A DNA stretch of 61,267 nt, counting the filler, from Globobulimina sp. (Eukaryota): NCBI GenBank assembly GCA_003354225.1. It is 22 parts of 22 records of this genome, joined end to end, with 100 filler letters (N's around TTAATTAATTAA, not from the genome) between each part and the next. Parts side by side here need not be neighbours in the genome. Positions count along the whole stretch, not along the records: positions 1 to 2,692 come from PIVH01005325.1; positions 2,793 to 5,483 come from PIVH01005326.1; positions 5,584 to 8,274 come from PIVH01005327.1; positions 8,375 to 11,065 come from PIVH01005328.1; 18 more parts are not named here. One strand, written 5' to 3'. Below the pieces are notes generated by a model. That model saw nothing but the letters and a program-made list of their open reading frames with translations, was not told the origin of the DNA and searched no databases. Positions within the stretch are counted from its first letter, which is position 1. Every line of letters begins with the position of its first letter. Below are positions 1 to 8,916 of the stretch, piece after piece. The translations under genes and the position numbers were made by a program.

Positions 1-263
1 ATAAAAGAGAAAGTTCATGGTAAAGTTGGTATGCCCTTTGTTTGAAAAATTCTTGAATAATACGAATTTGTAGCTTTAATACCAATTGTTTTGAAGAGAT
101 TTATATTGATTCTTAAAGTTTTGAAGAGTTAGAACTACACAGTTGCATTGAAAAACAGTAAGCTACTAACTAAAAATAAAAAAATGCAACACAAACATTT
201 AATGAATAGAAATATAATGTTAATAACATAATGAATAGAATGTTAATATATGCACCAAATCCA

Positions 264-2690
264 TTATATAGGTACAGTCATTGATTTATCGCCACCACCG
301 TTTGCGGCAAATTTAACTGTAATCAAATGCTTATCATTAACAATCCCAACTTCCCTCAAAGTATTCAGTGGTGGTAAAAACTGATTTTTATAATAAAAAT
401 GAATATCTCCGATTGGCGTAGTAACCGATAATTGATCTTTATAAATCCGTTTGATATGTTTTACGGTATGATTCCGTGTCACTCTTTGATCCAATACCAA
501 AAGCTTATCATGACTTGAAATATGAATTTTAAATGCATTGTTTCCTTTGATTTCTGGTGTAAAAGTCTTAATTTTTGTAAATATTAATTCACACAATACC
601 GCATTATGTGTGATACCAAACGCTTCGCCAACATCCTGCGCAGATTTTAAACTTTGAATATCTTTCCCAGTACACTGACACTCCTTAATTTCAGCCATTA
701 TTTTAGAATTTGATCGTTTTCCTAGACGCATATTTTTAATCCAATCCAATATCTCTCCATTGGTCCACCTATTCATTTTCTTATATTTCCACGTTACTTC
801 ATCATCATTTTCGTCATATTTAATTTCTTCCTTTTCCTCAATACATTCTCTTTCTAAACCAAATTTTCGTAGATTTGCAGTTACCGAACGAGTAAATGTT
901 CTTATTTCAGCATTGAACTCTTCCCTTTCATGATCAGTTTGAATCTGATTCAACAAATCTTGCACATTTTGCTTTAACTCACCTTCATTTTCATTGTCAG
1001 CAATAAAACACACCGACAACATCAATGCTAAAATAATAACAATTGCTTCGCCATTACTTTGCGATGGCGCAGCTGATGGAAATGTTGAATCATGATTCGT
1101 TGGATATAATGTTGGATTTGCTGAAGGATCTTCAGTGGGGTCTGTCGTTGGATAAATTGTTGGATTTGATGTTGGATCAATTGTCGGTGAGATAGTATCC
1201 AATATATAACACGGTCGAGCACCAAGATGATGTGTTTTATTTTTGGTGACATCAATATCGGTTATATTGCTAAGACAAAATGAATAATCTGCATACAAAA
1301 TATTAATATTTGGTGAATATTAAACGTAATAAATCTAACTGAAACCACAATGTATTCACATAAATATGATAGACTTTAAATTCTTCATCAATTGAGATGA
1401 CAAAAACAAATTCATCATTGCTTGTCTGTGATTTGGTATAGTTGCAAATATACAAAGAATAACGAGATTGCTGCGGATCAAATAATGTATCAATCAAAAA
1501 ATTACAATTTACACCATTTAAATCAGTGCACATATTATACAAAATCATGTTATTCCAATTCCGTAACGCAGTGACACTCTCTGTCGCTTTACTATCCACC
1601 CAATCGCACAATACATCCTCTTCAAAATCGACCCAATAATCTAAACTGAATGCAACATCGTCCATAATTATTGTACCTCCACCACACTCACAACACGAAT
1701 CAATCGCAGTTAATGTATATTTATTATCGATTAAATTATAAAACTCGATTTCATCTCGTAAAATTGTTCCGTTTTGACACCAATTATATGATTTGTAATA
1801 ATTGCAATTATCACCAGCAATATCGGTCCAATCCAATGGGAAATCAAAACATTTAACTTCAAAATCAAAATATCCGATAATTGATTCATGCGTAGAATCT
1901 TCAATTTTAATATCACACAAATCATCAAAAATATAGCAACGGGAATCATTCATTGCCTTAAAATTACTGAAATAATTAAATAGTTTGCAATCAATAACAA
2001 TGGTCTTATCGCACCAATCTCTGCATTCTGAGAGACTGCCATCATATGAAAGGCCTACGTTTTCCACTAAATTAGTACACGACGCATTATTATTTTTGAT
2101 ATATTGAATCGAATACAAATCGGAGTTGGTGCAGTTGTTGCTGTTGTTGGTGGGGCAGTAATATGTTGAGCACAAAATATTGTGATGATGGCATTTGTTG
2201 AAAGGCCATTGCAGCGAGAACCAACAGTTCCTGGTTGATATACACGTATTTGATATGTATCATTTGTTTCAATTCTATCAATACTAAGAGTTCGATTGTT
2301 GAAACACGTTGAAAAAGTATTGCAAGCAACTGGGTACACTCCGCATTCAGCTAATACTGTATTATCATTATCATAAACTTGAAGATACTCATTAGTTCCA
2401 TCATAATCAATCTCTTGATAAATAAACGTAATACGTGGATCCAAACAAGCCATCCCCTTCACTGTAAACAATATATAGAAATTCGTTGCAACGCCACCAG
2501 CATTTTTGCTGAAGGATACTTGATATGAAGTTGGTGAATTCCACGAAGGATACATATCCATACACCATTGATTTGTGCCGCACTCATATTGTGTCTCGGC
2601 ATTTGTTCTATTTGCTATGAACAGCATTCCTAAAAACACAAAATACCAATTCTTCACAGAACCACACAACTTGGATCCGACAAAAAGCAC
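264..2690 (-). CDS. Probable single-pass surface protein split over three ORFs: Cys-rich ectodomain (PAN/apple-like), PTxx stalk, TM, SAM-like and C-terminal ubiquitin-like domains
   Basis: Collinear ORFs 2067-2690, 1303-2175 and 264-1298. Signal-like N-terminus, SLSECRDWC..C.LF.Y..C.IF, PTIDPTSNPT repeats, AIVIILALMLSVCFI, WTNGEILDWI..TGKDI (SAM), TVKHIK..TLREVGI..ANGGG (Ubl). The breaks near 2115 and 1320 are either indels or tiny introns. Confidence 0.65.
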
Positions 2691-2692
2691 CG

Positions 2693-2792
2693 NNNNNNNN
2701 NNNNNNNNNNNNNNNNNNNNNNNNNNNNNNNNNNNNTTAATTAATTAANNNNNNNNNNNNNNNNNNNNNNNNNNNNNNNNNNNNNNNNNNNN
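2693..2792. other. Artificial contig linker (first of 21): N44-TTAATTAATTAA-N44
   Basis: The same 100-nt spacer, with stops in all six frames, also starts at 5484, 8275, 11066, 13857, 16647, 19437, 22227, 25017, 27806, 30595, 33384, 36173, 38962, 41751, 44540, 47328, 50116, 52904, 55692 and 58480. Contig lengths fall monotonically. Confidence 0.99.
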
Positions 2793-2794
2793 GT

Positions 2795-3484
2795 AATGGC
2801 CGCATTAACAAATTAAAATGTATCATTTTACCATTATCGGTCATTAATGACTTAAGATTCTGGCTTAAATATGTTGATAATATCAAAATTGTTTCAATGT
2901 ATACCATATTAAATAATCCATCAATAAACGTATATGCTGCCACCGATGCATGTGACTATGGAGCGGGATATGTCGTTGACTCTGTTTTTGCAAATTATAA
3001 ATTCAATAAAAACGATATTAATTTATCCATAAATCAAAAGGAAGCCCTGACGTTAATTGAGACGCATAAACATTTATTAACCGGTAAATCAGTACATTTA
3101 TACATTGATAATTCAGCATGTTATTATACAATGGTTCGCAAATGGGCTCCTTCGTATAATTTAATGATTTTTGTATTTGAATTATGTTTATTAATGATCA
3201 AATATAAGATTTTTATACGTTTTGAATGGATTCCTTCGTCGTTTAATTATTTGGCAGACAGATTATCGAGATTTGAAATGGATGACTTTGACAATTTATG
3301 TACAACATTTAATTTAAAATTTGATACAATCAGACCCGAATATTTCGGTCGCTATGAATTTCTAAAAAATAAAGCAATGCATTATAAGAATGATATGATT
3401 GAATATAATAATTTCATAAAATGGCTTAAACAGCCTTTAAATGTTCGAGCCATCTCTCCGTATAAATATTATATGAAAATCTAA
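2795..3484 (+). mobile_element. 3' end of a DIRS/Ngaro-type (tyrosine-recombinase retrotransposon) RT-RNase H ORF, 5' truncated
   Basis: Frame is open from the contig edge. DLRFW connector, then TDAC..GAG, INQKEA, VHLYIDN and WIPSSFNYLADRLSR, the D-E-D-D pattern of DIRS-type RNase HI. Confidence 0.85.
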
Positions 3485-4122
3485 GCAGTCGAAAGCTTAA
3501 AATTGATAACAGCATTTATTGAAATTTGAGTCATTATTCGCGATAAAACTAATTTGATTCATTAATTTGTAATAAATTGACAGTACAATCACGTAAATCA
3601 CGTCGTATATTTTGATAAATTGTATACATAAATCTGAGTATTTTTTGTTATTTATATCAAAAATATTGAATTAATCGATGAAATTTACACGAATTAATAT
3701 CACACATAGCATAATTAGGGACTTTCAGTAATAAATAAATGTTTTCATCGGTCATTTGACGCATTATAAACTGTTAAATATATTATAAAATTTCTCTGTC
3801 ACTGTGCGACACAATTATAAGAGAGCAACGATATGCGAAGCCTTTGTATTGCATTAAAACAATTATAAGGGATCTCTATCGAACCAGTCCTTGTATTGTT
3901 ACAACACTGTAATAACTTCAATAGCTGCTTCTAAATAATATAATGGTTTATTATATGTTTATTATGCCTCTCCGATAATGCTGCAAATTTCTAAAAACTT
4001 TTCGAACTAACTTATTTTTTGCATTCAGTTTGAAAAGTCGCACCTTGTGACAAATGGATTGCAAATGGATGGGAATGGTTTCATTGAAGAATGAATTTGG
4101 AAAGGAAAAGAGGAAGAAATTG

Positions 4123-4557
4123 GTGGTGATGAACCACAAAGAAAAGGATGAAAATAGATGATAGATTTGGTGGCAATGCAGCCCAAACACAAAACAAAAA
4201 ATGCTATTTAAAATGAGAAAGTGTGGCAATCAACAACACCAAAAAAAGTAAAAGAAAAAATGATTTGGTGGCAATCCACAGCCAGTCAGCCACAAGAAAA
4301 CAAATGAGATTTATAATGAAAGATATATTTCATTTGTGGCAATCAATAGCTACAAAAACAGCAAGCATATATTGATTGAAATGTGATTTAATTGAAGCAA
4401 CGCCAACGTTGCAAAAAAATGATATTTGAATAAATTATTTGGTGGCAATCCATAGCCACAAAACGAAACAAAAACGATATATAAATATAGAAGATGAATA
4501 TGATGGCTGTCTGAATGGCCAAAAAATTGGCCATCAAAAAGTGGCAATCCACAGCCA
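4123..4557 (+). repeat. Dispersed array of hairpin motifs GTGGC-AATC(C/A)A(C/T)A-GCCA(C)
   Basis: GTGGCAAT starts at 4170, 4223, 4268, 4336, 4442 and 4541. A variant GTGGT-GATGA-ACCAC is at 4123. Linkers are A-rich. Confidence 0.85.
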
Positions 4558-4607
4558 AAAAACACAAACATATATTGATGAATCATCCCATTCCATCTAA
4601 TTTTTTA

Positions 4608-4675
4608 TGATGATGCTTAACGAGATCAAGCATATCTTATTAAAGATAATTTGGGTTCAAATCCCAATCATCACA
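4608..4675 (+). ncRNA. tRNA-like cloverleaf, non-canonical
   Basis: Stems TGATGA/TCATCA, GCTT/AAGC, TATCT/AGATA and TTGGG-TTCAAAT-CCCAA. The anticodon loop is 6 nt and the variable region 2 nt. A T-rich tract follows. Confidence 0.65.
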
Positions 4676-5145
4676 TTTTGTTTTGTTTGTTTTGTTTGTT
4701 TTGCATGCAGGTGCTTTGAGTGCAGATCTATAGAAACGTGACAAAAATGAATCTGCTGCAGTTTAAATAGGCATAGCGAATGCAAGCTGTTTGATAAGTT
4801 TGCTGAAAAAAATGAAAAAACTTTTTGAACAGAAAAAAATTATCGGAGAGGCCTAATCCGACCACTTTTTCCGTCTTGATAGTGGTAGTGTTGCTGGCAT
4901 TATTTTTTTTACTGAATCACGGAATTATTTTGGCGCATATTTTGCGGATCAACAATGTGGATTTTTTGGTATGTTTTGCACAGTCACTCAAATTTGCAGT
5001 GGTTTGGCGGCGCAGTTTTCAAACAGCAGATCCGCATAGTGGAACAAGTATTTTATTTTTTTAAAGGTTCCATCGTTTTTAGCATCTCCTTTCGTTATAT
5101 CCACTCCATAAAATACGCCCTTTTTGCCCATGATACCACCGATAT

Positions 5146-5227
5146 AACGCACCATAGGATTCGAACCTACATCCATTTGGTTTGCTTTCCATTCAAACCA
5201 ATGCTCTGCCAATTGAGCTAGGTGCCA
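5146..5227 (-). tRNA. tRNA-like gene or pseudogene with an expanded 15-nt anticodon loop (isotype uncertain, possibly Phe-GAA with a short insertion)
   Basis: Minus strand reads GGCACC-TA-GCTC-AATTGGCA-GAGC-A-TTGGT-TTGAATGGAAAGCAA-ACCAA-ATGGAT-GTAGG-TTCGAAT-CCTAT-GGTGC. A and B boxes are good, but only 5 acceptor pairs form. Confidence 0.75.
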
Positions 5228-5350
5228 ATTTTTCTTATTTGTTGCATTTTCCATTATTTTTTTTACGGTGTGGGTGCTGCTAAAAACAAGACAGCTCCTA
5301 AATTTAATTTATTATTGAAAAAGTAAATATGAAGGGGCAAATTTAGATTG

Positions 5351-5420
5351 CTTTGAATCGGTTCCATATGAATTTAATACTTAATTGGGTTAAATTCATT
5401 AATGGAAAACCGATTCAAAG
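5351..5420. repeat. 70-nt long imperfect hairpin
   Basis: CTTTGAATCGGTT/AACCGATTCAAAG outer stem, CCAT/ATGG, and ATGAATTTAA/TTAAATTCAT inner stem. Confidence 0.9.
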
Positions 5421-5583
5421 TTGGCAGACTAAAGCGTAAGTGCCATGTAATTAACTTTGAAAGTATTAGCACTCAGAAAAAAGNNNNNNNNNNNNNNNNN
5501 NNNNNNNNNNNNNNNNNNNNNNNNNNNTTAATTAATTAANNNNNNNNNNNNNNNNNNNNNNNNNNNNNNNNNNNNNNNNNNNN

Positions 5584-6651
5584 TATGTCAATAATTTGTA
5601 TAAATGATTCATATGCATCACCAGCGAGGTCTTTTAGTCTCCTATTTTTAACTAAAATAAATATGCCATTGTACATTGGATCCATAATATTTTCTTTATC
5701 AAATAACATGGCTGGAAACTGCACGCATAACAATAATGACGATAACACCGTCGGTAACAAAGTTATGGCAATGCGCGATACAGCCGATCGGTCATCGGTT
5801 AATTGTGTACTCCATGCTTTTAATAAATGAGTAACTGCATAGTTATCGATATCTGACGATATTATTGTATCCTTTCCTGATGACAATTGATTGTCGATGT
5901 ATTGCATTATTTGTATCCTATGCTTCCAATGTGATTCTAATGTGGATAGCATAGCAATTACTTTTTCAATGTTATTCATATCCTCTTCTTTTAAAGCCCC
6001 ATATAAATAATCACTTTCTGCATTGAATGCGGTTTTGTTTGCTAAGTTTGTAAATATTTTATCCCATAGCACCCAGTTTCTTTTCTGATATGATACATTC
6101 TTTGGTTGTGCAATTTTATCAAATAAAGATAGTGTATCATTGTTGTTTAATGATTCCATCAAACAATGGATCATTCTGTAAGTAATTTTACATTTCGATA
6201 TAAATTTAAACTGTTTCTGATGGAATGAGCGCTCTTTCATTGCGTTATTGTGTGAATTGTCTCTCTTCAATCCAATATTCATTAATTCATCTGATATCAT
6301 ATTATTAATAAGCAATAATTCCCACATTAACGCGGCAATCATATCTGGTGATATCTCGATTTGGTGATTGTTTAATATAATATTAAACTGCGAATATGTT
6401 ATTTCCATTCCAATCAAATCCGTTTCGTCATTTGTTGGGTTGTTTTCAATGATATAGTTTGCAAATAACGTACATATTTCATTGACTCGTAATGGTAATG
6501 TAAAATCTCGCTTTGAACGACGAAAAAGTAATGAAGATTCGCGTTTTAAATGCAATTTATGTCGATGCTGTGGCCCTAATGACGTCGTGGCACTTAGTGA
6601 CGATGGCATATGGCTTATTGTAAGTGGTTGAGGCATATCATCATCAGCCAT
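5584..6651 (-). CDS. CLASP-N/TOG (HEAT-repeat) domain protein, 3' truncated
   Basis: HWKHRIQIM...QLTDDRSAVSRIAITLL resembles the W..R and D.RS.V...A signatures of CLASP TOG domains. Confidence 0.6.
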
Positions 6652-6655
6652 TGCA

Positions 6656-6704
6656 AATGAATCGGCAGAGAATGAATCAGCAGAGAATGATCAGCAGAGA
6701 ATGA
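6656..6704. repeat. 15-nt tandem repeat AATGAATC(G/A)GCAGAG, about 3.3 copies
   Basis: Directly visible, just upstream of the minus-strand start codon. Confidence 0.85.
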
Positions 6705-6884
6705 TAATTCGTTTGTTTTGTTGTGAGTCAATACAACAACAAGAAATCATAAACATGGTTTTTGAAAAAAAAAGTGTTTTTAAAATTTAAAACAGAAAAC
6801 TGCTGCGGAATTCAATTAAACAATAAAGGAGTAGTTAATGACTTAATGTAATACCAATGACAATTATGATTTGGATAATCAATT

Positions 6885-8274
6885 ATGGTTCATAATTTTG
6901 GTGGATTTTTACTTTTATATTGTAGCATTCGTATTTTTAGAATTATTCTAAATCGGAATTACAAAATTCTAGTCATGATCATGAATAAAACGAGAGCTAT
7001 GGTAGCTTGTGCTGCAATATGTATCGTCAAATTAGTTGTTGTGTTGTGTGTTATCAATATAATGCCTGGAAAAGGTAAACAATTGTCAAATAAATCAGGA
7101 TTAGATCACAATGGACATTGTATAACAAGAACTTCTCCAATAAATATTCCGTTGTATCAACAAACAGATTTGGACATTCAACAAACAGAACCTATTAAAT
7201 TAAATTACAAAGAATCAGATTTTAAAGCAATCTCTGGAAACCATATCAACAAATTGGAAATTACAACAGCAAAACGGAATCATTACAATCTGAATATTTA
7301 TCAACAAGAATTTTTATTGGATCATATGTTTATGGTCGCTCCTTCAATACACACCATCAACGGTAACAAATACGATTTAGAAATACAAATTATGTACAAA
7401 TCCCCTGTCAATATTGAACAGAAAATATCTGTTAATTTATTGATCAATGAAACAAATCATCGCAAACCAATTATTCACGCAGGAAATTCAATGTTTTTTA
7501 AACCAATTATTTCAGCATTAAAAAAAGATAAAAATTTAAAGAAAAAAATATTTAATATCTCTGCAAATATAAATGAAGCAAAAGCATTAAATGTTGAAAA
7601 TAATGAGGATGCAACAAGTAATTTGGATGTATCAACAACAATATTTTCTAAATATTTCGCATATTTAGGATCTACAGCATTTGCACCGTGCTCAAATCCG
7701 AAAGAAATACCACAAATTGTAATTGATTTAAATGAGGAACATGAGCATAATGAACAAATATGGATTGACTCAAATGATTTGGAATTAATAATAAAGTATT
7801 TGAGTGCAACTACGCCTAGGCCTGAGGTGGAAATATGGCAAAATTTAAACGAGAGAGCATTACTACCAATAAATGGCATAGCATATAAGTTACACGATAA
7901 TTCCGCACATTTTGCTGATAAACGATCGTTTTTTCAATCGATATTATTGGAGCATCCATCCAAAACCTCCAAATTAGAGATCCAAATAAAAAGTTATACC
8001 ACACAGATGCACGTAGTTGGTCAAATCATGAATAGTGAAAGTTTCATAAAATCTGAATTTGAGAAATATGATATTTGTTTGGAAAATAAAGAAACTAAAA
8101 AACAAATAAAAAATATAAACCAATCAGAGTCAATAAGTTGTAGTGAAGTAAGTGATTTATTATTGGTAACATGGCAACGTAGAAGAAACGATTTAATTTG
8201 CATTATCAATCCGGATGAATGCACAAAAGGGCAAAATGTAGAAAAGGATTTAAGTATAATTAAAGAAGATAAAT
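6885..8274 (+). CDS. Alpha-carbonic anhydrase-related protein (likely acatalytic) with N-terminal hydrophobic anchor, 3' truncated
   Basis: TSPINI, PSIHTINGNKYDLEIQIMY and YFAYLGSTAFAPCS align to QSPINI, PSEHTxDG..Y.xExHxV and YxYxGSLTTPPC. Confidence 0.8.
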
Positions 8275-8916
8275 NNNNNNNNNNNNNNNNNNNNNNNNNN
8301 NNNNNNNNNNNNNNNNNNTTAATTAATTAANNNNNNNNNNNNNNNNNNNNNNNNNNNNNNNNNNNNNNNNNNNNGAAACCGTATTGTTAAAAAACAGAAA
8401 TAAAGCAAAATGTAAAAGGTTACGCATTGAAGTTAAATTTCTGGCTGATTTTGGTGATGAAAAGAAGGAATTTGGAGTGCACCTATTCAGAGTAAGCAAT
8501 GCATTGAAAGTGTCAAATATCGATAATTGGAGTTTAGAAATAGAGCATGAAGGTATACGTAATAATTTTGATAAAGAATATTTAGAAAATGAATTAAATG
8601 CAATGAAAAGAAATTATTATGTCCATTATCAAATTACACAAAGAACATTGACAGTGATTGTTTCAAATAGCAAAGAAATGTCCAAGTGATATGTAATTAC
8701 TTTAGAATAGGGCGTGTTTTTATTTGTTTAGTGTTTGTCTTTCTTGATGATACCAATACAAAAAGGATTTTTGAGATAACTTGGCTGGCAATCAAGATCT
8801 TTCCGTACAAAACTACCTCGCATTGTTACTTGTTTATGCCATCTAATCCAAGATCGGAGTGCTCTGTTCTGTTACTTCTGTGCCGCGGTCATTTGCCACA
8901 TAAGTAATTCCAAATA

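Noticed and set aside
2737-2748. TTAATTAATTAA recurring every ~2.79 kb as a biological repeat
   Set aside because: It is always embedded in N44 runs and is a synthetic all-frame stop linker. ORFs ending in X..LIN are artefacts of it.
4123-4557. GTGGCAATC array as a CRISPR array
   Set aside because: The conserved core is only about 9-18 nt, spacing is irregular (45-106 nt), linkers are low-complexity A-rich, there are no cas genes and the context is eukaryotic.
4633-4648. TTA in the tRNA-like loop as an ochre suppressor implying stop-codon reassignment
   Set aside because: The loop has 6 nt, and conserved genes (ACP, enolase-family enzyme, villin headpiece) end at TAA exactly where expected.
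3951-5254. Short ORFs 3951-4229, 4350-4586, 4825-5064, 4955-5221 and 4988-5254
   Set aside because: Phe-rich or low-complexity translations overlapping the structured non-coding elements; no domain signal.
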